Source: Bacteroidetes bacterium GWF2_35_48 (GTDB lineage Bacteria; Bacteroidota; Bacteroidia; Bacteroidales; GWF2-35-48). From it: a stretch of 64,000 nt of DNA. The notes under the pieces are model-generated. The model was not told where the DNA came from and ran no database searches. It worked only from the letters and a program-made list of their open reading frames with translations. The translations under genes and the position numbers were made by a program. Shown piece after piece: positions 29,801 to 38,205 of this stretch. Each line of letters begins with the position of its first letter. Position 1 is the first letter of the stretch. The stretch lies in assembly GCA_001769125.1 (NCBI GenBank), contig MEOG01000082.1, positions 18,747-82,746 of the forward strand, read 5' to 3'.

Positions 29801-30234
29801 AAGCCCCCACCCGCTGTTCCAACCCAGATTGTATTATCAGAATCTTCAAAAATCTTCAGTATAGGATATGCCGGCAGCCCTTTTGATTTATCAATTTTAT
29901 GAAAAGTCTTTCCATCATATATAGAAATACCGTCGTCTGTACCAAACCAGATATTCCCTTTTTTATCTTCATGCAGTGTACGTACAACATTTCCGATAAG
30001 ACCTTTTCTTTTATTAAATGTAACAAAGTTTTTCCCATCAAAACGCGAAGCACCTCCGCCTCCTGTGCCAAGCCATAAGTATCCTCTTGAATCCTGAATG
30101 ATACTATAGATTTCTGATTTAGATAAACCTTTTTCTACGGAATAAGTACGAATGTTGTATTGCTGTGAAAATGCAGGTTTTATCAATAATAAAACGAAGA
30201 CCAAATAGATATATTTATAGAAATATTTGCTCAT
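26836..30234 (-). CDS. sensor protein phosphatase: periplasmic two-component-regulator beta-propeller repeats + Y_Y_Y domain, TM, coiled coil, cytoplasmic PP2C/SpoIIE domain
   Basis: 1132 aa. Signal/TM at the N-terminus. More than 10 propeller repeats (..WFGT..GG..). Y_Y_Y motif (VQYKYMLEGLDNTWS). TM segment WFYIACVVFVFLGFFLFV. SpoIIE motifs (SGDFYW, DCTGHGVPGAF, LSDGYADQFGG). Confidence 0.85.
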   Translation of the reverse strand: MSKYFYKYIYLVFVLLLIKPAFSQQYNIRTYSVEKGLSKSEIYSIIQDSRGYLWLGTGGGGASRFDGKNFVTFNKRKGLIGNVVRTLHEDKKGNIWFGTDDGISIYDGKTFHKIDKSKGLPAYPILKIFEDSDNTIWVGTAGGGLSRIMYFKDDSVNIKTYTKDQDRIQTNYVFDIFEDSSKRLWLALYGGINILSFKGDEISSLKKLDQAYGDIPSNFILTIEKDTKGNLWFGSQDAGAFKINILGKDSGKVVSYSTNNGMNDVTVWDILCDSQGTLWFATDKGGINKFAENSFTHITTKNGLAGNQVYKLFEDNEKNIWMGTFGSGLCQFLGENFIHYNETDGLPAKDILSVVQDKNGHFWIGTQGGGLVQMSFNKGKPIFRKYTTQHGLVDNFVNYLCLGNDGALWIATEKGVSKKVGNIFINYDELSVPMLSNPAKSIFVDSKGIVWIGTSDGMLRYDGKVFFPIYQDDDQYGLFNYTLTILEDKKGEIWYGTYGGLRRNNHLQFIYYDDAEGLLNKQINCIAEDRYGNIWIGTFGSGLFKFDINHKGKTPITPVLNDSLLSSNNISSLIFENENLLIVATDKGFDKVYLGAEQQVINVINFNESDGFTSIENHSNAICKDNQNRIWFGTIKGLTCYNPSLDKTNLAEPKIHLTNINLFFENTEWKKRVDSVSSWFSLPFKLILGHADNHFTFKFAGISYYNPDKVQYKYMLEGLDNTWSPARRDGEAVYPGLPHGEYKFKVISVNKFGKWNEEPIIFSFVIKPPFWKTTWFYIACVVFVFLGFFLFVRLRLQKLRRDKRILEEKVRVRTREIAEKNVVLEVQKKEILEKNEELHQQNEEIIAQRNEIENQKLIVEDKNKEITDSIRYARRIQTAVLPNIELIQNAVQDFFILFKPKDIVSGDFYWMMRKNNFIFVTAADCTGHGVPGAFMSMLGLSFLNDIVNRPEIISTSRVLDELRDCIITSLQQKGVPGEQKDGMDISFCALDLDTNIVEFSGANNPLYIITTHPDTEGEEAAIEHAGARLIELKPDKMPIAIYENMSHFSSRKFQLKKGDAFYMLSDGYADQFGGPKGKKFMSKRFKQMLVEIYEKPMQEQQEFMDKIIEDWKFGDGNCFEQTDDITVVGIKI

Positions 30235-30329
30235 AATGTGTTAATTGTATTAATGCAAATATACCGTTAGTGAATTAAATTACCAAAAATTCATTCATCT
30301 GTATAAAATTTGAATTCTAAAGAGGGAAT

Positions 30330-30417
30330 GTTGCAAGTTTCGGATTTGCTTAACTTATCAGGTTGCAGGTTGCATAGTAACTGTGGGTTGAGCGAAGTCG
30401 AAACCCAGGTTGCAAGT
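30330..30417. repeat. GGTTGCA words plus hairpin with GAGCGAAGTCGAA loop
   Basis: GGTTGCAGGTTGCA..TGGGTT-GAGCGAAGTCGAA-AACCCA-GGTTGCAAG, between the queD stop and the phosphatase gene start. Confidence 0.85.
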
Positions 30418-30483
30418 AAAAAAGTTAAAATATCATATATTTACAGTATATAAAAACAAGCAAACCCGGCAAATTTCAGTATA

Positions 30484-30897
30484 TTAATCACCAAAATATT
30501 CTACAGAATTTTTATCTGTTTCTTCGAGACGAATACAATGCAATTGAACGCCCAGCACTTTAATATGTGGCTCTAATGTTTCCCAGATTGCAATGGCAAT
30601 ATTTTCTGAACTTGAAATTCGTCCTTTCATAAAATCCACATCTATATTGAAATTTTTATGATCGGCTTTTTCTACAATATACTCCTGAATAACCTTGCTG
30701 AGTGTTTTTAAATTAACAAGCACGCCTGTTTGTTTATCCACTTCGCCTTTAACAGTTACAATAAGATTGTAATTATGCCCGTGCCAGTTAGGATTGGCGC
30801 ATTTTCCAAAATATTTTTCATTTTCTTCGACAGACCAGTCGGGGCAATAAAGCCTGTGCGCTGCATTAAATTGTTCTTTTCTTGTTAAGTATATCAT
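30484..30897 (-). CDS. queD: 6-carboxy-5,6,7,8-tetrahydropterin synthase
   Basis: 137 aa. FNAAHRL, GKCANPNWHGHNY and catalytic-site spacing typical of the QueD/PTPS family. Confidence 0.9.
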   Translation of the reverse strand: MIYLTRKEQFNAAHRLYCPDWSVEENEKYFGKCANPNWHGHNYNLIVTVKGEVDKQTGVLVNLKTLSKVIQEYIVEKADHKNFNIDVDFMKGRISSSENIAIAIWETLEPHIKVLGVQLHCIRLEETDKNSVEYFGD

Positions 30898-31068
30898 AGG
30901 TGTTTTTTTTTAGTTTCTTTTATATCTGTAAATTTTTATTATCGGATTTTTTTCGCACTTGTTTCCAACAGTAGTATATTTAAAAACCTCTCAAATTTAC
31001 TAAATTTTAAACAAAACATGGTGTTGGAAATAAAAATCATTCCTGTATCTTCGTGTATTCAATATTTT

Positions 31069-33436
31069 ATGAATATATTTTTTTCTATATCTTTTTTCCT
31101 GATATTTTTCAATTTATATGCTCAGGATGTATTCCGACAAACAATACGCGGGCAGGTGCTTGATAAAAATTCTCAACAACCATTAGCAGGGGTAAATGTT
31201 GTTTTGCTGAATACGAATCCGCTTACGGGAACAACAACGGATGAAAATGGTTTTTATAAATTACAAAACATACCTGTTGGGAAATTCAATATAAGTTATA
31301 GTTTTATAGGTTATCATACAGTAGTGCTTCCGAATGTTGCTCTGAGCTCTGCAAAAGAAATGCTGCTGAAAATAGAGATGGAGGAACAAGTGGTAATGAC
31401 TGGCGAAGTAGTTGTTAAATCAGGGAATAGAAAAGATCAGCCCCTGAATAAAATGGCAGGCGTCAGCGCACGCTCTTTCACGGTTGAAGAAACAGAGCGT
31501 TTTGCCGGCACATGGTTCGATCCCGCGCGTATGGCTTGTAATTATGCCGGGGTAATGGCTGCAGGAGATCAGCAAAATGACATTATTATTCGCGGAAATT
31601 CGCCCATGGGAGTGCTATACAGGCTTGATGGTGTTAACATTCCCAACCCAAGCCATTTTGGTACACTTGGCACTACCGGAGGTCCCATAAGCATTCTGAA
31701 TAATAATCTTCTCGATAATTCCGATTTTTTTACCGGTGCTTTGCCTGCTGAATATGGCAATGCCCTCGCGGGTGTTTTCGATTTACAGATGCGCTCTGGC
31801 AATAACGAAAAACGCGAATATACAGCGCAAGCAGGATTAAATGGATTTGAGCTGGCTGCAGAAGGTCCGTTTGCAAAAGAGTACAAAAGGTCTTATCTTT
31901 TTAGTTACAGATATTCTACACTTGATTTTTTCAGAGTGCTGGGCATAAGTTTCGGAATTTCTGCCACACCTCAGTATCAAGATTTATCATACAAATTAAA
32001 TTTTCCTCTTGGGAAAAAGGGTACTATTTCTGTTTTTGGCGTTGGAGGCATCAGCTATACAGAAATTATAGCGAAAGAGCAGCGCCTGGATGGCTGGACA
32101 TTTGGACATGCGAACACAAATATACGTTTTGGTACGGCCATGGGATCTACAGGCATTTCTCATTCTGTTTTTCTTAAACCGGAAAATACTAATTCAGGAC
32201 GTTTCGTGTCAAGCATTGCCGTTTCTGGAAGCGAAACAAGTATCAAAGCAGATTTCGCGTTTAAAGAAAAAGCAGGTTTTCAGTATTACGGAAATAAAAG
32301 TCATGAGATCAAACTGTCGTTACCGGAGCAATACAGTAAAAAAATAAATGCGAAAAATTTTATATCTGCCGGTCTTAGTTCCGATATTATTTCTGCATAT
32401 TATGCAGATAGTATAATGATTCCAGAGCATGTATTTATTAAGCAAACCGATACCCGTGGGAAAAATGCAGCTTTAATACAATCCTATATGCAGGCGCAGC
32501 ATAAAATCAATGATAAGCATATTCTCAATACAGGAGCGCATTTCCAGTATTTTACACTTAATGGAGATTATGCCGTGGAACCCCGAATAAATTATAAATG
32601 GAAAATAAACTCTTTGCATTCCATAAGCCTTGGGTTCGGCTCTCACAGTTAGTTACAGCCCATGTTTTTTTATTTTATAGAAACTCTGGCATCCGATAAC
32701 TTATTTATTCAGACAATTAAAATATGAAATTTTCAAAAAGCAGGCAGGCAATTCTGGGATATGATTATCTTATTTCTGAAAATTTACGGCTAAAGTCAGA
32801 GGTGTATTACCAACAGCTTTCTCAAATTCCGGTGGAACAAAAAAATTCAACATTTTCAATTATAAATTATGGAAGTGAATTTTATCAAAGCCGGGTAGAC
32901 AGCCTTGTAAATAAAGGGAAAGGAAAGAATTATGGCATTGAGATTACATTCGAACATTTTCTGACAAAAAACTATTATTATCTTCTTACAAGTTCTCTTT
33001 TTGAGTCTAAATATACAGCAGGAGACGGGAAAGAGAGAAACACTCTTTTTAATGGGAATTATGTTGTAAATGCATTAGGTGGATATAAATTCAAAGTTGG
33101 CAACTATCATACATTGTCTTTGATATAAAAATTGTTTCTGCGGGTGGAAAAAGATATATACCTATAGATACAGTGCTGTCGAAGCTGGCGCATGAGGCAG
33201 TTTACGACTTTTCACAAGCTTATGAAAAACGTTATCCCGATTATTTTAGAATTGATGCAAGAGCTGGCATGAAGTTTAATTTCAGGAAATTTAATATGGA
33301 ACCTGGCTTTGATGTGCAAAACATAACAAACCACAGGAATGTATTTTTAGAAGCTTATAATGTAGAAAGAAATACCGTGAGTTATGATTACCAGCTTGGG
33401 CTTTTATATATTTTTCTTTTGCGTTTTCAGTTTTAA
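31069..33436 (+). pseudogene. TonB-dependent receptor (CarboxypepD_reg + plug + barrel), disrupted
   Basis: Three consecutive ORFs (31018-32652, 32724-33128, 33173-33436) in three frames read as one receptor. In-frame TAG at 32650 (..GSHS*LQP..). Apparent 1-nt loss in an A-run near 32719-32722 and in a T-run near 33118-33121. Confidence 0.75.
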
Positions 33437-33520
33437 GGTGTCAGGTTGAGGCGTGGAGTGTTAGATAGCGGGTAATTGGCATGTCGGAAGCGGACAAAAA
33501 AGAAAACAATAATATTATAA

Positions 33521-33541
33521 AAAAAGCCGCTAAAGCGGCTT
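33521..33541. terminator. bidirectional terminator hairpin
   Basis: AAAAAGCCGCTAAAGCGGCTT, between convergent genes. Confidence 0.6.
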
Positions 33542-33548
33542 CTCTGCA

Positions 33549-34355
33549 TTAAAATCTTTGCTTAAGAGTGTCAACATAGGATATGTTATTTCCAAATGAA
33601 TGCGTGTTAGAATCATATTTAGAAATCAGATATTTTATTATTAATAATTTTCTTCCACTTACAGTATCTTCGACATAAGATTCGGGAAAGCTTTCAGTAC
33701 CTAAATCTTTAATTCTATACCTGACGGGATAAGTATTTATTTGATTCGAAATCAATGGAAAAACTTTTATTCCAACGGTATCTTGTGTTGGAATAAAAAT
33801 TTTTGTCTCACCAATAAATTTTGCTTTGATTTTTATTCCTAATTCACCCCCTATAGGAAGTGATATATATGTATTTTCAGTCTTATTAGTAGTAATTTTA
33901 TATTTTTTTGGCGTTCTCAAAGGATTTGCTCCGTATTGAGCTCCAATAGAATCATTACCAGAAACCTTTTTCCTATAAAGCATATAGTCAACTTCATAAG
34001 GCCATGCCCAATTTCTTACAACAACATTCCTTGTTGCAATAGCCTGATTCCCGGCTTTATCCGTTACACTATAATTAAATAAAAACGATCCTGTTCTTGA
34101 AGTTACAGAGTCTCCCAAATAAGGTTTCATTGGGATATTATGTCCATAGGAAATAGAAGAAGTAATGGATCCATCCAGATTGTCTTCTGCAATAGCACCG
34201 GGATCATAAAAAGTTTTTTCAAGTTCTGTATTAATAGTTTCATTACCATTTATAAATATTTTTGGCGCAAATTTATCTTTATCCTTGCACGAAGAAAATG
34301 TAAATACAAGAGTGCTGATGATGATTAAACTGCTATAAATGCCTGCTTTTCTCAT
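33549..34355 (-). CDS. lipoprotein with Ig-like (DUF5011-type) domain
   Basis: Lipobox ..FTFSSCKD. The segment F.DPGA.AEDN.DGSIT resembles DUF5011/HYR-like Ig domains. Confidence 0.45.
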   Translation of the reverse strand: MRKAGIYSSLIIISTLVFTFSSCKDKDKFAPKIFINGNETINTELEKTFYDPGAIAEDNLDGSITSSISYGHNIPMKPYLGDSVTSRTGSFLFNYSVTDKAGNQAIATRNVVVRNWAWPYEVDYMLYRKKVSGNDSIGAQYGANPLRTPKKYKITTNKTENTYISLPIGGELGIKIKAKFIGETKIFIPTQDTVGIKVFPLISNQINTYPVRYRIKDLGTESFPESYVEDTVSGRKLLIIKYLISKYDSNTHSFGNNISYVDTLKQRF

Positions 34356-34506
34356 TTTATTTAAAATTTGATTTTATCAACTTGTAAAATTAATAAAATT
34401 TTGTAATGAACAAGTAAATAGGTTTATTTTTTTATTTTTTAACGTATTTTTGCTGTAACTCAGATTTAATAAATAATTTCGCAAATAAATTAAATTAATC
34501 ATTGTT

Positions 34507-34917
34507 ATGAACGTATCACACATTGAACACATTGGAATAGCGGTAAAAAACATCGAAGAGAGTATTTGTTATTATGAAAATACTTTTGGGTTAAAATGTT
34601 ATGCTGTTGAAGAAGTAAAGGAACAAAAAGTAAAAACAGCTTTTTTTATGGTGGGACAAACAAAGATAGAACTACTGGAATCAACAGATCCGGAAGGTCC
34701 TGTTGGAAAATTCATCGAGAAAAAAGGAGAGGGAGTTCATCATATTGCTTTTGCTGTAAAAAATATTGAAGAATGCCTTTCAGAAGCAGAAAGCAAAGGA
34801 GTAAATTTGATAGACAAAACCCCGCGCAAAGGAGCAGAAGGGTTGGAAATAGCGTTTTTACATCCGAAATCAACCTTTGGAGTGCTGACAGAAATCTGTG
34901 AGAATAAAAATAAGTAG
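34507..34917 (+). CDS. mce: methylmalonyl-CoA epimerase (VOC family)
   Basis: 136 aa. IEHIGIAVKNIE.. and GEGVHHIAF.. motifs. Confidence 0.85.
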   Translation: MNVSHIEHIGIAVKNIEESICYYENTFGLKCYAVEEVKEQKVKTAFFMVGQTKIELLESTDPEGPVGKFIEKKGEGVHHIAFAVKNIEECLSEAESKGVNLIDKTPRKGAEGLEIAFLHPKSTFGVLTEICENKNK

Positions 34918-34928
34918 GATTTTTTTTA

Positions 34929-35612
34929 ATGAAATTAAACGGATTTACCTACATTATTGGAGATATTCACGGATGCGCGGAAACATTTCGCTACATGGTG
35001 GAAACCAAACTGAATCTTACGAAAAATGATGAGTTGTATCTTTTGGGAGATTATATTAACCGTGGACCGGACAGCAAGGGGGTTATTGATTTTATTTTGC
35101 ATTTGATTGAAGAAGGATTTCAAGTTTTTCCCTTACGTGGAAATCATGAAGAAATGCTGTTAAATTCTTCACGAAAAAATGATTTTTTTGAAATTTGGTT
35201 GAATGATGCTGTCGGACTCAAAAAAGAAGACAAAGAAAAATTTTCGGTAAAATATTTACAATTTTTCAAACAACTCCCGCTGTTTATCCATCTGAAAGAA
35301 CGGGGGCTTTTACTTGTGCATGCCGGTGTTGATTTCAATAAGAAAAATCCGCTTCAAAACGCAGATACTATTCTTTGGACACGCGTTTCAAAATTTAATG
35401 ACACTTTTCCAAAAAACACAATTCTTGTACACGGACACACACCTGTTCCGCTTGATAATGTTGAGAAAAATCTGAAAGAAAATCCTCTGGTAGAAATAAA
35501 TCTCGATGGTGGATGTGTGTATAAAAACAGAAAAGGACAAGGAAATCTTATTGCCCTGAATTTTGAAAAAATGGAATTAATTGTTGTCCCAAACAGAGGA
35601 GAAACCGTTTAG
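34929..35612 (+). CDS. metallophosphoesterase (Ser/Thr phosphatase 1 / ApaH-like)
   Basis: GDIHGC, GDYINRGPDS, GNHE, VHGHT motifs. Confidence 0.85.
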   Translation: MKLNGFTYIIGDIHGCAETFRYMVETKLNLTKNDELYLLGDYINRGPDSKGVIDFILHLIEEGFQVFPLRGNHEEMLLNSSRKNDFFEIWLNDAVGLKKEDKEKFSVKYLQFFKQLPLFIHLKERGLLLVHAGVDFNKKNPLQNADTILWTRVSKFNDTFPKNTILVHGHTPVPLDNVEKNLKENPLVEINLDGGCVYKNRKGQGNLIALNFEKMELIVVPNRGETV

Positions 35613-35980
35613 CGGTATTCGATAAAATTAAATTCCACATCAAGCAAAGACTGGTAATAATGTCCGGTATCGTGAATATCCTGCTCATCGTAGTACCAGT
35701 TAAATTTTACGCATTTTTTATTGTGATGATATGTAGCAAGCATTTGAAGGATTTTTAATATCCATTTTGAACTGCTGGTATTCAGATAATCAAACTGCAA
35801 ATTAATAGTTATAGAAGGAGGGAATAGCGCAATGTATTCTTCCACCCATGATAAAAGTGGCTGATAAAATTTATGAGAATCTTCCGGAATAGAGGAGCCT
35901 TTGATTTCCAATAAACCCTTTAATGGATCAAAAGAAACCATTGGAGTAGTTTTGTCTCTGTTAAGTGTAAATTCTTTCAT
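35609..35980 (-). CDS. DUF1987 / SiaC-like regulatory protein
   Basis: ..TPMVSFDPLKGLLEIKGSSIPEDSHKFYQPLLSWVEEY.., ..FDYLNTSSSKWI.. and W.YDE.D pattern. ATG at 35980 preferred over the TTG at 36007. Confidence 0.7.
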   Translation of the reverse strand: MKEFTLNRDKTTPMVSFDPLKGLLEIKGSSIPEDSHKFYQPLLSWVEEYIALFPPSITINLQFDYLNTSSSKWILKILQMLATYHHNKKCVKFNWYYDEQDIHDTGHYYQSLLDVEFNFIEYR

Positions 35981-36050
35981 TTCAAAAATATTGGTAACGT
36001 TCTGCAAATATATATAAAGAAAATGTAGTTATTTGTTAAAAAAAGTGACT

Positions 36051-37127
36051 TTAATCATTTTTTTTAAGCTTCTTGTCATAATTGCCTGATTTTATATTTT
36101 TTACAAGCTGCCCACATGCTGCTGCAATATCTTGTCCCCTGCTTCTTCTTACCTGAACCAGCATATTTTTGTTCTTTAAAAAATCTTCAAATGCAAGAAC
36201 ATCTTCCGGTTTTGATCGCTTAAACTCTGAGTTTTCAGTTTCATTATATTCAATAAGATTAATTTTTACCGGAAACTTTTTACAAAAAACAGCTAATTGC
36301 TGCGCATCCGTTAATTGGTCGTTAAAACCGCCCAGTAAAAGATATTCAAAGGTTACCCGAATACCTGTTTTCTCATGAAAATATTCTATTGCTTTTGATA
36401 TTTCATCAAGGGGGTGTGTGCTATTAACAGGCATAAGCCTATTTCTTTTCATATCATTCGCCGAGTGAAGCGAAACAGAAAGGTTAAATTTTATTTTATC
36501 ATCTGCCAGTTTTCGTATCATTTCAGGAATTCCGGCTGTGGAAAGGGTTATTCGATCGGGAGACATGCCCAATCCACTGGGGCTTGTGATTCCTTTTATC
36601 GCGATGAGCGTATTTTTATAATTCAACAAAGGTTCGCCCATTCCCATTACCACAATATTTGTTAAAGACAGGCGGTACGCTTCTTTTGCAAGTTTTGATA
36701 ACAGTACAACCTGGTCGAAAATTTCACCAGCGCTCAGATTTCTCAGATAACCCATACTCCCTGTAGCGCAAAAAACACATTTCAGGGGACAGCCTACCTG
36801 TGTAGATATGCACGCAGTAACACGGGTTGATGTTGGAATTAAAACTCCTTCAACCAAAGCTTCATCAAAAAGACTGAAAACGGTTTTGAGGGTTTTGTCT
36901 TTACTTTTATGCTTTTCTGTAATTATGGCTTTATGAAAGAAGAAATTTTCTTCGAGAAAAAGCCTGAGAGATTTAGACAGATTCGTCATTTCATCAAAAG
37001 AAACGGCTCCCTTCTTCCATATCCATTCATAAACCTGCGTAGCGCGAAATTTTTTTTCTCCGGCTTTTTCAAAATAAAGAACCAATTCTTCAAGGCTCAA
37101 CTGACGTATGTCTTTTTTTTCCTGCAT
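36051..37127 (-). CDS. rlmN: 23S rRNA (adenine2503-C2)-methyltransferase
   Basis: ..FRATQVYEWIW.., cluster GCPLKCVFCATG, MGMGEPL. Start at ATG 37127. The track's N-terminal extension only translates two palindromic repeats. Confidence 0.9.
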   Translation of the reverse strand: MQEKKDIRQLSLEELVLYFEKAGEKKFRATQVYEWIWKKGAVSFDEMTNLSKSLRLFLEENFFFHKAIITEKHKSKDKTLKTVFSLFDEALVEGVLIPTSTRVTACISTQVGCPLKCVFCATGSMGYLRNLSAGEIFDQVVLLSKLAKEAYRLSLTNIVVMGMGEPLLNYKNTLIAIKGITSPSGLGMSPDRITLSTAGIPEMIRKLADDKIKFNLSVSLHSANDMKRNRLMPVNSTHPLDEISKAIEYFHEKTGIRVTFEYLLLGGFNDQLTDAQQLAVFCKKFPVKINLIEYNETENSEFKRSKPEDVLAFEDFLKNKNMLVQVRRSRGQDIAAACGQLVKNIKSGNYDKKLKKND

Positions 37128-37176
37128 TTTTTTGATTTTATAATTGAGAGATTTTTCCCTTCTCCCGATATGACAC

Positions 37177-37229
37177 AATCGCTCCATGGAGCGATTCTCC
37201 AGATAGCATCGTTCCATGGAACGATGCTA
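37177..37229. repeat. two adjacent perfect palindromes centred on CCATGG
   Basis: AATCGCTCCATGGAGCGATT (37177-37196) and TAGCATCGTTCCATGGAACGATGCTA (37204-37229). The second contains the TAG stop of the 37227-38123 gene. Confidence 0.95.
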
Positions 37230-38123
37230 CAATCCTCTCTCCCATTCATTCCTCAATCCTGCCATATCGGGATTATCAATTGCAAATTTTAATTTTTCCA
37301 ATAAACTGTTTTTATCTTTTGATAACACTCCCTCTAAATTCAAATAATTTGACGCATGATTGCTTCTATATATTGTGGATTTTAATTCGGTGTGTTCAAT
37401 AAACATTTTCATCTCATGAAGCAGCTCTGATACTGACATAGAGATATATTCTCCATGAAAGCGATCCTGATATTTTTTCTCTCCAAAAGGAAAACTTAAA
37501 ATAAGCGAAGACGCAAATTCAGGTTGAATGACATTTAAAACCTTTGCAGAATTTACAGCATGTTGTTCAGAATATTTTTTTCCACCAAGTCCATTTAAAA
37601 TAATAACAGAGAGCTTCATGCCTGCTTCTTTTGCTTTTAGCAATCCTTCTACAGTAGAATCAAAAGTTTCACTTTTTTGCACGCGGGCTAACACTTCGTC
37701 ATCACCCGATTCTATTCCAACATATAATTGTTTTAATCCTGCTTCTTTAAGCATTCTTAATTCTTCATTTGTTTTTGATAGAATATTATGAGGCAAAGCA
37801 TACGTTGATATACGTGTAAATTTAGGGAAATAATGTTTTATATTTTTCAGAACAAAAAGTAATTTTTCTGTTGAAAGCACCATCGGATTTCCGTCTGCTA
37901 GAAATATTTTTCGCACATCAGGAAATATTTTTGCCGCTGTTTGAATATCTTTTAAAATATCTTCTTCGTTTATTATTCTGAATTTTTTTGATGTGTACAT
38001 TTCGCAAAACGCACAACGATTCCATGAGCAACCGAGCGTAATCTGAAATATCAATGAGTTTGCTTCACTGGGTGGCCTGAACAAAGGTTCGTCGTATTCT
38101 ATGGGGAAAAAATTGAAAAACAT
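37227..38123 (-). CDS. radical SAM protein, function unknown
   Basis: 298 aa. TIM-barrel-like rSAM core. Cluster motif reads GCSWNRCAFC (CX4CX2C spacing). Confidence 0.7.
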   Translation of the reverse strand: MFFNFFPIEYDEPLFRPPSEANSLIFQITLGCSWNRCAFCEMYTSKKFRIINEEDILKDIQTAAKIFPDVRKIFLADGNPMVLSTEKLLFVLKNIKHYFPKFTRISTYALPHNILSKTNEELRMLKEAGLKQLYVGIESGDDEVLARVQKSETFDSTVEGLLKAKEAGMKLSVIILNGLGGKKYSEQHAVNSAKVLNVIQPEFASSLILSFPFGEKKYQDRFHGEYISMSVSELLHEMKMFIEHTELKSTIYRSNHASNYLNLEGVLSKDKNSLLEKLKFAIDNPDMAGLRNEWERGL

Positions 38124-38155
38124 TGTGTTGTAGTGAGTTTATAATTATATTATTT

Positions 38156-38205
38156 GGTTGCAAGTTACAGGTTGCAGGGTGATTGAGCGGAGTCGAAATC
38201 ACCCT
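38156..38205. repeat. GGTTGCA words plus hairpin with GAGCGGAGTCGAA loop
   Basis: GGTTGCAAGTTACAGGTTGCA-GGGTGAT-TGAGCGGAGTCGAA-ATCACCC. The last stem base overlaps the stop codon of the 38204-39013 gene. Confidence 0.9.

Noticed and set aside
36051-37217. Long N-terminal extension of rlmN (MERCYLENRSMERLCH..) and the TTG start at 41615 for the GNAT ORF.
   Set aside because: The extensions only translate CCATGG palindromes. Conserved protein N-termini begin at ATG 37127 and ATG 41663 respectively.
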